64,000 bases of DNA from the human T2T-CHM13v2.0 reference genome, Homo sapiens (GCF_009914755.1 NC_060931.1), one strand, 5' to 3'; counted from the first letter of the stretch, positions 16,199 to 29,198 are shown. Notes: a model not told the origin generated them from the sequence alone. A program made the numbers and translations.

Positions 16199-17102
16199 GC
16201 ACAGCACCGACTTCCCAACCCCAAACACACGCGCGCACCCCCGGGACAGCTGAGTTCTGTATTTCCTCTTCCTCAAAGCGACTCCGGCGATCGCAGTCGC
16301 CACTCTCCGCTCCGATTCCCGGGCCCCCTGGCATGCCGCCGCCCCCTTCTCTGAAGGCGCGCCCGGTGCGTCCCCTCTCCGAAGCCGAGATTTCCACGAA
16401 GCTCCACAAAGCTCCCCGCCGCCTCTCTCGGTCTCGGCGGAGACCCCGGTGTGTCCCCGGGAGGAGAGTATTTACTAACCAGAACCTCAGGGGCTCCCGG
16501 CTGCCCAGACCGCCCTCTCCGGCCCTCCTGGCCCCCATTCCTCTGGCCCATCACCGCCCCCTCCCACGAGCGCGCTCGCCGGGGGATTCCCTCCCATCCC
16601 CGAGTGCAGGAGAAGACGCCGAGTCTGAGCCGCAGCCGCTTCTCTAGCTCTATAGGAATCTTGACTCCAAGATCCCAGCCCCACATCCCCCGTCCCCAGT
16701 AACCCCGCGCCAGCGTCGCAACCCTCCCGCGCCCCCCCTCCCGCAGACCCTGGTCGAAATGTCTCGGCGGGCTCCTGGGCCCCGGGCCCTGCGCTTCATC
16801 CGCGGGCGCCGCACCTCCAGCGCCCCCTCCCTCCGCTCCCACTCCCACTCCCGCCATCCCCGGAGCTCAGACTTCCCCAACTGCAGAGCGCCCCGACGCG
16901 CCCGCAGCCCTCACCCTGCCGAGCGCGGCGGCCACCCCCGCCCGAGCCGCGGCGCCCCCAGGGAGGAAACAAAAGTGTCTCCGCGGCGCCCGGAGTCCCC
17001 CGGAGCAGGACGCCTCCTCCCGGCCCCAGTCCCGGCCCCCTCCCCTGCCGCGCCGAGGTCAGCGAGTCGGGGCGCGGCGCCAGCCCAGGAAACTTTACGA
17101 AC

Positions 17103-17340
17103 CTGCTTGGGGTCGCAGGACAGCAGCGGCAAGGGTTCCCGGCGATCAGAGCTCCGGCGACCCGCCACCATTGAAGGGGAACTGGAGGCTCTGTCGCCCA
17201 GCGTGGGGCCGCGGCGGCGTGGGTGGCTCTGCCTCTATCCTGTGCCCATCCTCGCCCGCTCCCGCTCGCCCCAGCACACGCACTTACACTCTGGGTCGGC
17301 CGGCTGCTGCACCGCCGGCTGCCGCTGCTCTCACTTCCTC
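17103..17340 (-). other. ELMO1: Non-coding first exon (5' UTR), probably ELMO1 exon 1
   Basis: Minus-strand GCAGCCGGCGGTGCAGCAGCCGGCCGACCCAGAGTGTAAG...CCTGCGACCCCAAGCAG matches my recollection of the ELMO1 mRNA leader; ends at donor CAG|GTTCGT; TSS position approximate. Confidence 0.72.
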
Positions 17341-17352
17341 TTCCTTCCTCCT
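17331..17352 (-). promoter_or_regulatory. ETS/PU.1-type site at the putative TSS
   Basis: Minus strand GGAGGAAGGAAGAGGAAGTGA: GAGGAAGT core with tandem GGAA units. Confidence 0.6.
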
Positions 17353-18304
17353 GCTGGCCAGAGACACATTTTGCATCTGCAAGGCATCCGGAGATCAGCC
17401 GCGAACTCTCCTCCCGAGCGGACGCTGCGGAGTTGCAGCCGCCGCCCCCGGCACCTGCGCCAGGACACTCGTGGTCTGCGCGTTCGCCTTGCGCCCGCAC
17501 CCTGCCTGGTCCCTGCCCACTGCACTTTGCCTAGGGGGATGCCCACGACTTTTTGAAGTCCCCCTACTTAAAAGACAGAAATGTCAAACACCATGCATGC
17601 CTCAGATCTGCTATAAATAATATGTGTGCAGAGCATGACTTCGATGAGCTCACACACGGCGTTTGGAGGCACTAATTAACTCCGTCACCCTCATAGCGCC
17701 ATCTCCGGGAGGCCAAAAGCGAGTAGCATCTTTTCACATCCTTTTTTAATTTTTGGCAACCGGTTCCGGATATTAAGGGGAAACTTCGGTGGGCTGTTTG
17801 AACGCTACTTTAAGACGTGTTTGTTTTGACGCTGTGCCTCTACCCTTGGACAGAGTGGCAAAAAAAAAAAAAAAAAAGTTTCCTCCCTCTCCGTCGACAT
17901 CTATGTATTTACTAACCCTGCAATTGAAACTACAAGATGTATTTCTAACCAATTAAGCCAGGGACTTCCTAATTTTGCATAACTTTGCATAAGGCAAGAC
18001 GTTCCACCCATAATTTGATATTTAGAATAAATTACTTAATTCATGCAACCTACTTAAATCATTTTCAAAGCAGAAATCAAAAACGTTAACTCCCAGCCTA
18101 GCTGGCAGGAGGGAAGAGGGTTGCAGGCGAACCACCTGTCCTCCCCCAGTTCAGAAATACCTACATTGGCTCTACCGGAAAAGTCAAAGGCAGTTCGGCA
18201 TTTTCTTCTAATTGGCAAAGGAAATAAGTCGGGGGCAGGGAGGCATCAGAATCAAGGTGGAAAACTAAGCTCCCTTTTAAGATCTTCCCCCTCAAGAGCC
18301 ACAG

Positions 18305-18622
18305 GCAGCTGTTGAGCACTTGAAATGTGGCTATCCCTGAGATGTTCTGTAAGTGTAAAACAGACATACAATTCAGTATTTTTAAAATGAATGTAAACTA
18401 ACTTGTTAAGTATTTTTATGTTGATTACATTATTGCAATACATGAGAATAGTCTGATGTAGTAAGTCAGTTGGATTCGTCATGTGTTGGGTTAAGATATA
18501 AGCATATATAAGATTAATTTCACCAGTTTCTTTTTACATTTTCTGATGTAGCTACTAGAAAATGTAAGGCTACACATAGGCTCTCATTAGTGGCTCACCT
18601 TATACTTTTAATGAACAGCTCT
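18305..18622. mobile_element. MER33/MER3-like hAT-Charlie DNA transposon
   Basis: TGAGCACTTGAAATGTGGCTA...ATTAATTTCACCAGTTTCTTTTTAC...ATGTAGCTACTAGAAAAT. Confidence 0.7.
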
Positions 18623-18654
18623 GATCTAACTCCTTATTATACGCATGACTCTGG

Positions 18655-18975
18655 GAGGCAGTATTAGTATCAAGAGTGCCTGGGTCCAGATGGTTATAAG
18701 CCAGTAACTAAAGCAGGGTGACTGCAGGAAAGCAACTTAACTTCTGTATTTCCTCATCTATAAAACAGTAATGATATAATAACAAAAGTCAATAGCACCA
18801 ACTATTAAATGAAGTAATTTAATAAGTAGTCAGTAAATGGAGCCTTTACTAACGATGCTCTGAGACACTTGTAGTGATAAGTATGAATTTGATCTACAAC
18901 CTTGTAGCTAAGGCATATAAAGACCTTAACTTTAGTGCATGCGTGGTGAGCACTCAGTAAACATTAGCTGTCATA
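18655..18975 (+). mobile_element. MIR fragments
   Basis: AAGCAACTTAACTTCTGTATTTCCTCATCTATAAAA; GAGCACTCAGTAAACATTAGCTG. Confidence 0.6.
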
Positions 18976-21049
18976 ATTGTTCCCTCCTTGCACAGCAATT
19001 ATGCAAATCCACTCCCCTGTAACCTTTGGTCCCGGGTCTTCACATCTTTCCTCCATGAAGTAGTCTTTCAGATCTTTGAAGTTAGCCCTCAAATTTTACC
19101 TAAACACTCTCTTTTGAGGATTAACCATCCTCAATTATTCTGACTCTTCTTCATGTGACATGGCTTCAAGTCTCTCTCATTTGAGCCATCTTCTCCCAGA
19201 AGAATATCTGTCTCTGCCCTTTAAAAAAAAAAAAGAAAAAAGAAAAAAAGAAAAAAAAGTAGTCTTATAGATTAATTACGTAATTAACCATTAGCAAACA
19301 CAATACAGCCTGAGATCTTCTCTCTCTCTCTCTTTTTTTTTTTTTCTCAAATACATCTCAGTGTTGATAGGAGTGAAAGGGGAAGACTGGAAATTCTTTA
19401 CAGTGTTACGGTTAGGCCATGTGCGGGAACATGGAGTTGATCTTTGGAACCAAAGTTCCTGATCCACTTTCTCTAAGTCCCTTAGGATTTAATTCAGGCA
19501 TCCAGTGTCTCCCCATATCCATGGATTACATTAAAATATTAAGATGCCACATGACATCCCACTAAGGAGCTCCCTCTGCTAAGCTGGGAGAATAGCATTC
19601 TTTGGTTCACTGGTTATTAATAAACTGCTTAACAGTGCAATTGCCAAACTTCAATTTTCTCTTCTATTCATAAAGACATCTTAGAAGTATTGTCAAGTGT
19701 CTTAGAGGAACCCGCCTTCTCCCTCAGCTCTGCTGGTGGTCAGCAATGGATGCAATAAAGTGGAATATGTGGTGTTGTCATGTATGTGGGCTCCATCTTT
19801 GGACCTGGTTGTTGTGTATAAATCCCACCATTACCATTTACTGGCTGCATTACTCTTAACTCATGAGATTGAAACCATGTCTGCCAGATACGGTTAAGTG
19901 AAGATTAAATGAGTTAATTCATGAAAAATTCTTAACAGGGCCTAACACATAGAAACACTCATTGAATGTTAGCTATTATTATCTACAATAGTTCTTCAAT
20001 GGACAAGTCATATTAACAGACTCAAAAAATAAAAGAGCAACATCCACTCCCTCTTTTCACATGTCAGTCTCCACCCATAATGGTGAGAAAGATCTGTTGC
20101 CACTGTCCCTTCTCAGCTCCTGGTCACAGCTTGGGCCATTCAATCATTAGGTCATGCTTTAGCAGTGAGGACGGCCATTTTATAGCAAGGAACAGAATCC
20201 AAGTGCATCCCTTCACTTGCACTTCTGGTAAGCCCACCTGGGCAGAACTTAGACCTTTGTGCAGACAGGCCAGCCTCATCCACATCTCAAGTGGTTAGGG
20301 AGACTGATTCAGGATCTCCTCTGTAGAACCATCTGTCTTAGTTTCAGGATAAGTAGAGGAAAAGAGAGCAGGGTAGGGACAGATGGCTGGAAAATCAAAA
20401 TCACTTAAGCCTCAAGTCTAAGCTTCATTCCCCCACCGTGTTTCTATAAGAAAGCTTTGAATTGTTAATGGACAGAGAGGTATTTGGGGCAGTTTCTCAT
20501 ATTTAAATACTTTGATCTTGTGTTTCCCATGTCTTTATCTTTCCTTGTGTGTACAAAATTCCAAACTAGGAGGATTGAGATCCTATCAAAATGTCACCAT
20601 GCAAAGTGTCACCATGAAACCCCAAACTGCAATAATGGCCTGTTGTATTTTTAATCAATGATGACTCACATTGATCAACTCCTTCCTAAGTGCTCATAAA
20701 TATTAATTTCTAATTTAATTTTTAAACATTGGATTCTAAATGGATCCTGTGCATTTAATAATACATTCAGTAATTTGCTCCAAATTTCTGCTCCAAATCA
20801 GCACTAAATTCCTTGATCTACAGTTTGACAAATCTATTCCCTTTTCTTGTGTTAGAATCAGGCTCATGCTGGTTTGCCTCCAGTCTTCAAACAGCTCTGG
20901 GGACATAGAGAGTTGCCTCAGCTCCAGGAAGCCGCTACACCAGGGATAATGAGATCTGGGCAGCAGGCAGACACCTGCAATTTAGAGCCACTAGGGTCAG
21001 CCCTGGAACAAGCAGAATGACACGGAGGGCTGCTGTGAGAGGGCATTCC

Positions 21050-21440
21050 TTCACTTGATCGTTCATTAATTCAACGTGCACTGAATGCCTTAAATGTGAG
21101 TTTAAAAGGGAGGAAGGGAGAGTACAATCACGAACAAGACAAACATGGCTTGCCCCCTTTTGGCACTCCCATTCTAGCTCAGAAGACAGATTTTAAATGG
21201 CCATAAAAACAAGTGAGGAGTATAATATTAGGAGAAGGACAGAAGATTGCAGGACTATGCGGAGACAGGGATGCTAACATCATCTGTAAGTCAGGAAAAG
21301 CCTCCTGGGGAAGTTCTGTTGATTTGAGACCTGAAGGGTGAGTGAGGAGGTGTTATCCAGGACAAAAAGACAAAAGGAAGTAGGTTGGTAATGAGGAAGG
21401 ATTCTAAGCAAAAACAGTTAACTTTGTATGAAGGTTCACA
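21050..21440 (-). mobile_element. L2 fragment
   Basis: CATTCCTTCACTTGATCGTTCATTAATTCAAC...TTGAGACCTGAAGGGTGAGTGAGGAG. Confidence 0.6.
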
Positions 21441-21441
21441 T

Positions 21442-21656
21442 CAAGCTTGTCCAACCCACGGCCCACAGTCCGCATGTGGCCCAGGACGACTTTGAATGCA
21501 GTCCAACACAAAATTGTGAACCTTCTTAAAACATTATGAGTTTTTTTGTGATTTTTTTTTTAGCTCATCATTAGTGCTAGTGTATTTTATGTGTGGCCCA
21601 AGACAATTCTTCTTCTTCCAATGTGGCCCAGGGAAGCCAAACAATTGGACACCCCA
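21442..21656. mobile_element. MER30 hAT DNA transposon
   Basis: CAAGCTTGTCCAACCCACGGCCC...TGTGGCCCAAGACAATTCTTC...GGGAAGCCAAACAATTGGACACCCC. Confidence 0.85.
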
Positions 21657-21954
21657 GGAGAAATCATAGTGTGGGAGGAACCTTAAAAAGTCTATTTGGC
21701 CAAAGTCTGAGAGTATCAAAATTAAATCTAAAAGTAATGGGCAAAAGCCAAAATTTGGAAGCCCTTGAGAGTCATATCACAGAATTTGGATGTATTAAGG
21801 ATGATGGAAAGGCCTAATAAGTTTTGGATTTGGTTTGTTTTCCACTGAAATGTTTTAAGCAACTGATGGTTGTGGTCAGTTGTTGTTTTAAAGGTCATCC
21901 TACTAAATAGTGAATGAATTAGTGGGGAGACAAAAATGCATGTGGGAAGAATAA

Positions 21955-22331
21955 TGTCTTAGTCTGCTCATTCTGCCATAACAGAATTCCATGGACTGGG
22001 TGGCTTAAAGAACAGAAATTTATTTTCTCACACTTCTGAAGGCTGGAAGTCTGAGGTCAGAGTGCTGACATGGTTGGCTTCTGGTGAGGGCTCACTTCCT
22101 GGCCCACAGACTGCTGCCTCCTTACTATGTCCTTACATGGCAGAAAGAGCAAGAGAAAGCTCTCGGGTATCTCTTCTTACAAGGGCACCAACCCCAGCAG
22201 GAGGTCACCACCCTCAAGGCCTCATCTCAACCTAATTACTTCTCAAAGCCCCATCTCCATATACCATCACATTTGTGGTGAGGGCTTCAACATACGAATT
22301 TTGGGGGAGAACAAGCATTCAATTCATAACC
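21955..22331 (-). mobile_element. MaLR solo LTR (MLT1A-like)
   Basis: TGTCTTAGTCTGCT...GGGTGGCTTAAAGAACAGAAATTTATTTTCTCAC...GCTTCAACATACGAATTTTGGGGG. Confidence 0.85.
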
Positions 22332-23879
22332 AACAGATATGGAATTATTGCATTGAGGTCAGAGATGATGGGAGCCTAAGTCATGCATTAATGGAGAAGC
22401 TGAGGAGAACTAGAGAAATTCAAGTGTTAGTTACGTTTGCAGTAGAGGGCACGTAGAACTGATGTTCACTCTGGTTGGGGAAGCTCTCAAACTAGCAATT
22501 TGCTTTCGTCTTCCTGCATCGGCTCAACCAAACACTAAACTTGCTTGGCTTTCTTGTAGCCTAGTGTCCAACACAATATCACCTACAACATTTATTCCCA
22601 GGTCGAGGACAGACTGAAGATGTAAAAGGGATGACTCCCCTCTTGTTTGACTTTCTGTGACACCATTACTTTGCATTCATCTCCAATGTGTCCCCATTTC
22701 TTAATCATTGTATTACTGTCCATTGGTGAAGAACATCCACCCAAAAATGCAAAATTTACTGTCTGCACCAGTACCCCTCTGCTCCAGCTGTTCCACCCTG
22801 CTTTTAAACAAAAAATATCTCCGTGGACTTCTAAGTCACCTATTAATCAGATGTGTTCTCCTGTTTCGAGTTTTGCTGGGTAGATTTATCAAGACTTCTT
22901 AGATCTATATCCATTGTCTACCACCCAGTGTCTGATGAACAACAGCCAAAGAAATAGTATTAATCAGTAACTCAAGGAATCCCTCCAATATTACAATAAA
23001 TACTGACAACAGGATTGACTGAACAGTCTCATGAGAGCAAAATTTACAGAATATTTAAATGTCCATGCTTTGAAGTCTACAGATGTGAAAATCCTAGCTC
23101 TACTTCTTAATAGCCACGTAACTTATTTTTCTCTAAGCCTATAAAACATGGATGTTGGGATAATGATACTTCTTTCAGACAGTGCCTAGCACATACTGAA
23201 TGCTCAAAAATGGAGCCAACATGAATGCTAACCACTATACACTTGTAATGGTTATTAATCGATTGCATGACAGTCAGGTGAAAGTACCAATATTCTTTAC
23301 TTTGTCTTCAAAATGTTTTAAATAAATATGTCCATTTACTATTATTAATAAATATTATTAGTAAGTAAATATTTACTAATTTATAGATATATAATGAATA
23401 TATACATTCACAGTCCTAGTCCCTAGAGGTCAACACACTGAGTTTTTTCTTTTTTGAATTTTTTGGTAATTCATGCCATGCTTCTAACTGTACTATTTTG
23501 TTTGACCAACTTCAGACAGTATTTATTAACTCCCTCCTCTGAAAAGCTTTCATAACTTTTGTTTACTTACCTCTCTTTCCTAATCTTCTATTATTTCTTT
23601 GATTGTATAATAGCTTTTTTTATTGATAAATTTTCTATCTCATGGGCCTTCTGATATTCTCATTCACGTCACTTAACTTTTCTCTCATTGTTTCTATTCC
23701 TATGAGTCTTAGTAGTGCCCTCTGGGACAATCCTCTGGCTCTATCTTCCAATTCGTTAAGTCAGTCTTTAGCCTTGTCTATTCTTTCTATTTATGTAGTT
23801 AAGTGGTTTTCAAATTTTTAATGATCATAATTTAAATTTCTTAATTTTCTCATTGGCAGTTTTTTATAATTACCTCTAA

Positions 23880-24161
23880 TGGGCGCTGTGGGCACACCCC
23901 CTCATCCCCTGGCTCAGGACCAAGGTGCTGCATCATCCAATCACACAACTGATGGCTGATGCCCGAATACAGCTCCAGAGCTCCCCATGAAGTTGGCTGG
24001 GTCCTCTGTTGTGACTACATTGCATCTCAACTTCTTCCTCTGCTCAGTCCTGCTTACCTCAGTTTTTCTCAAGTGTGGATCTCAAGGGTACTCCTAAGTC
24101 ACCCTCCAGTATGCAAGCCTCAGTCTCAGAGTATGTGTCCTGGACAACCTGACCTAAGACA
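23880..24161 (+). mobile_element. ERVL LTR16-like fragment within old L1
   Basis: CTCTGCTCAGTCCTGCTTACCTC...CTCAGTCTCAGAGTATGTGTCCTGGACAACCTGACCTAAGACA (LTR16 3' end). Confidence 0.65.
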
Positions 24162-24652
24162 TCAGCTGCTCTTGTTTTATGGATATAATAGCCTCTCTTA
24201 TTGCTGTGAGGCTATTAGTATTTCTTCCAAATTCTTTTTTTTTTTATTTACTCTATTACCTCTACTTTCCTAGGTTATAGTTACTCAGTTTAAGTTGGAT
24301 GTCTCCTTGTTTGCATGCTGAACTTTACTAATGTGATTCTCTGTTCACCTGCCAGCTGTTTCTATTTTCTGCAGCTTGCAACTGGTGATCCCGGAGAAGA
24401 AGAAATGGATTGCCAGGTGGACATGCCGGTAGTTTATCTCCAGTGTGTGGTAGCACTCCCCCTCCAGGAGATGAGAGGATACCTGGAGCCCCTCCATTTC
24501 AACCCAGTTGCTCATATTCACTGCCCTGTGGGGAAGGAAGAGTAAGGCTGTGAGCTCCTCCGCAAAAAGTGATAGTTGGGGCAGAGAAGAGAGAGAGTAG
24601 TCCCACAATTAATCAGTACCCTTGGACACTTTCCTTTCTTTGTGTGTGTTTA

Positions 24653-25037
<385 letters not shown>

Positions 25038-25146
25038 AGATTTGGGGCTGTGGTTTCCTTCCATTTTAATCTCCTCAGTCTCTGATCTAGTGCTACATCA
25101 TTAAACCTGTCACCTTTGAGGAAGAATGTATCAAGGGTCAAGATCA

Positions 25147-25607
<461 letters not shown>

Positions 25608-26149
25608 TGGAATGCACTTTCCTCTTGAAATCATCCTCCATGTCTAAGGATTATACCCCTTCTCTTCAGGTCCAGCCATGCTCTTAGGCTCTGCTATGAA
25701 TAATATTGCATAATTACAATGCTGTAAATTCTGTTTTTCAATTTTTAGAATAAATCTATAGATAAACTTTAATTATAGTGTCAAGATAGAAGGTAGCAGA
25801 ATGTAAGTGTAGTAAACATCCAAAATGTAAAAGTAATATTAAGTGTGGAAATCTAGTGTCCTCATGATGCATATCTACCCTTCTTCTAGCACCAAATCCC
25901 CCAAAAGAAAAGATATAAAAAGAAGACTCCATAGCCACTCTAGAAAAAGGAAGAAATAAAAAAAGGAAGGGGAAAAAGGAAGAAAGGGAGGAAGGAAAAA
26001 AGACACCAGAAGTTTTGGAAAACAGATTTTCTGTCCCAGTTTGGCCCACTTTCCTGCTGTTTGCCAAGGGTTTCGTCTCATTATTCTCTGTTCATTTCCA
26101 TGGTTTCTTGAATACCTTGTCTGCTGCTTTCACAGACTTCTTTCTCCTC

Positions 26150-26692
26150 TGAAGTACATAGCACCTTATAATTTTTTTCCAGAAAGTATAAATGGAAGGT
26201 AAACTTTCCTGAGAAGCTGCATGTCAGAAAACATCTTTGTTTTGCAGTTACATTTGATTGTTTATTTAGTTATTGGATCATAAATATCAAAATGTTTTTC
26301 ATCAGAATTATTAAAAGCGTTGTTCCTATCTTCAAGCTGATAAGAAATCTGAAGCCCAGGTGACCTTCTTTTGTGGTATGCCTCGTGTCTGTGTGTGTGT
26401 GTGCGCCTATGTTATATGTTCTCATTTCTAGAAGCATTTAGAATCTTCTCTTTATTCTTGCCATTCTGAACTGTTATCAGGATGGAGATGGGTGTGAATA
26501 TTTTATCATTTTTCCCAATTGGCACTACTTAGGGAGTTTCAATCTAAAGACTTGTCTCTCTTCAGCCTGAGGAATTTTGTCCCCATTTTTTAAACATTTT
26601 CACTCTATTTTCTGTAATCTCCTTCCTAGAAGTTCTATGTAAGTCAGTGTTGGATCTTCTGTATTCTGTATCAACTCTTTTTATCTCCTACC

Positions 26693-26724
<32 letters not shown>

Positions 26725-27400
26725 GAGACAGAGTCTTGCTCTGTCGCCCAGGCTGGAGTTCAGTGGTTTGATCTCAGCTCACTGCAACCTCTGCCTCCCA
26801 TGTTTAAGTGATTCTCCTGCCTCAGCCTCCTGAGTAGCTGGGACTACAGGTGCATGCCACCACGCCCAGCTAATTTTTTGTATTTTTAGTAGTGATGGGG
26901 TTTCACCCATGTTAGCCAGGATGGTCTCAGATCTCTTGACCTCGTGATCCACCCCCCTCGGCCTCCCAAAGTGCTGGGATCACAGGCATGAGCCACCGCG
27001 CCCAGCCATGTCCTACCTTTCTTCCTTTGTTTGCTCAGTGCTGTTCTGGAAGTTGTCTTTGACTTTATCCTCTGACCCTTATATTGAATTATTTTAGTAT
27101 CAGCCATCGTGTGTTTTAGTATTTCTAATTATTCCTTTTTTTATGGCAGCCCATTTTCTCTTTTAAGGACATAATATTTTCTCAAATCTCTGATGACATT
27201 TTGATTAAAAGTTATTGGGTCTTATTTTTAAAATTCTCTTTGTTTCCTGAGTTGTCTGTTAAGCTGGGGTCCATTTTTTCTGTTTCTTAGCCTTGATTCT
27301 TAACTCAGGCACTGATGTGTTTTTCTGATAGTTTAGTAATCATTAGTTTATATTCGCTAATATTTATGTCTGTGATGTGTGGCTGTTTTCAGCTGTTATG
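26150..27400 (-). mobile_element. Ancient L1M/HAL1-like relic interrupted by an Alu
   Basis: T-rich strand-biased sequence with old-L1 motifs (TTTCAATCTAAAGACTTGTCTCTCTTCAGC); boundaries approximate. Confidence 0.5.
26697..27007 (-). mobile_element. AluSc/Y-like element
   Basis: Full Alu with long T tract; flanking TCCTACCTT repeat. Confidence 0.93.
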
Positions 27401-29198
27401 AAATTTCGTTTCCCCAGCAGGCTTCTCCCAGACTATGAGGACCACCTGTGAGCTCTGTGGATAGGGGATACTAGCAGTTCTGTCTTTAGGGTGTCCGTAC
27501 ACAGAACTGGCAGGCATGTTCTCATCCCCTCAGCTCACCGCTCCCAGTCTTGGGGATGTCAATTACAAACTTGCAGCCCCAGCCTTTTCTAGGCAAATCT
27601 TCCACCTCTGCAGACAGCAGCTCTCCATTTGTTAATCAGTGGTAAACAGAACAGCTTCTGGCCACTTTCTAAACATAGATGGAATCCACTGGCCCAGCTT
27701 TTCCATACCCTGTTCCTGTCACCACAGTCCTTGATGATTGCTCCACAGTCCATTCTTGTTCCCAATGCATGCAGGCTCTGAACTTGAAGCCAGCATGGAG
27801 TCTCCTGGACAGATTTGCTCCTAGACCTTTATAGCAGCCTTCTGTGTCTCTTCCAATAACAGCTCCCTCCACTTGGGTTGACACTCACTAAGATCCCATC
27901 TGCTCTTAAACTGCACAAATTCCTCAGAGCTCTGAACTGTGGTCCTCCCTTTCTGTTCTCCCTGTGGTTTCCTATTGATCCCCTCTGTCTGTCTGTTTTG
28001 TTACTTCAGTGGGATTTCTGGAAGCAAATGAGAAAACACAGATGCTCAGGCCACCATCTTCAATGCAAACCTCCCTTAATTTTCTAAATCACTTGAACCT
28101 AACTTGGCATCCACTGGCTGAGTTGACTGGAGATCCAATCTCCGTCTATTTTATGAGTTTATCACCCTCTCTATGATTATAGGAGTGAACTGGGCTGTTT
28201 ATAGGTGACAGCAAAAGAAATCTCTTTGTTCTGGGTCTCATCATGATAGACCCTCCATGTTGGGGGTAGACACTGCTCACTCTCAGCCACAGGTGGCTAT
28301 GGGGGCCTCACTTGCTGTGGTTACCAAAGCCCTGGTCCCTCCATGCAGCCAAGCCATCTCCTTATGGGCAGGGCAGCTTACCTGGATTTTTCAATATGTC
28401 AATTTCATGAAGACTTTTAAAAGAAAAGACAATAAGCCAAAATGAAAAGACAAATCCAGAGTAAAGAGATGAAAGACATCGACTCACATATAAAGAATGC
28501 ATTGAGTAAGTCTTGATTAGAACCTGACTCTGGAGGGAAACCTATAAATATATTAGTTGTGTCAGTTGGAGAAACTTAAATATTCATTGGAGATTATATG
28601 ATATTATAGAATTAGTCTTACTTTCTTAGATATAAAAATTATAGTATGCTTATGGAAGGGAATTTTCCAATATAACTATATAAATCAAATTTGGCAAAAT
28701 GTTAATTCTTGAACCTAAGAGGAGGGTACACAGGCATTCTCTGAAGTATTCTTTTATTCTGTATCAGTATAAAATATTCTGTATATTTTAAAATTTTGTT
28801 AATAAAACATTGAAGTCAAAATTGTGCTCATTAGAGGGAGCAGTCCTGAGTTATTTCATCAAAAGACACCTGGGACTTGAGGTTTGCCTACAGTGGCTAT
28901 CTGATGCAGAATATATGGGCCGATTACATTGAATTAACAGATTTTTCTGTAAGGTGCCCTCTCTGAGCCTCAGAATCTTGTTTACTGGAATGAGTTGTGA
29001 TCTACCACGTGTTTTGAGGGGAGGGGTAAGCTACAAGAATATTTGAAGGGTTGTCTTTTATGTGAGATTTTTTAAGGACCACAAAAAGATGAGTTGAAAA
29101 TGAATGAATTCTTATGTTGAATAAAAACTTATGTCTTTAATTGTTTAGTTAACTTATGCTTAATTCTATTTCATAAATGCCACATACTGTGGCTCCAT

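Larger units (their letters stand above)
15900..17600. promoter_or_regulatory. ELMO1: CpG island and promoter of the minus-strand gene
   Basis: Very high GC and CpG density over about 1.7 kb against CpG-depleted flanks; GC boxes; contains a first exon with a donor site. Confidence 0.92.

Noticed and set aside
16473-16490. Perfect TACTAAC branch-point word followed by CAG on the plus strand
   Set aside because: No polypyrimidine tract and no evidence of a plus-strand intron here
15945-17620. Long overlapping ORFs (up to 265 aa) across the CpG island
   Set aside because: They occur in many frames on both strands, are low-complexity R/P/G/A-rich or CV/HT repeats, and show no domain; expected from stop-codon scarcity in GC-rich DNA
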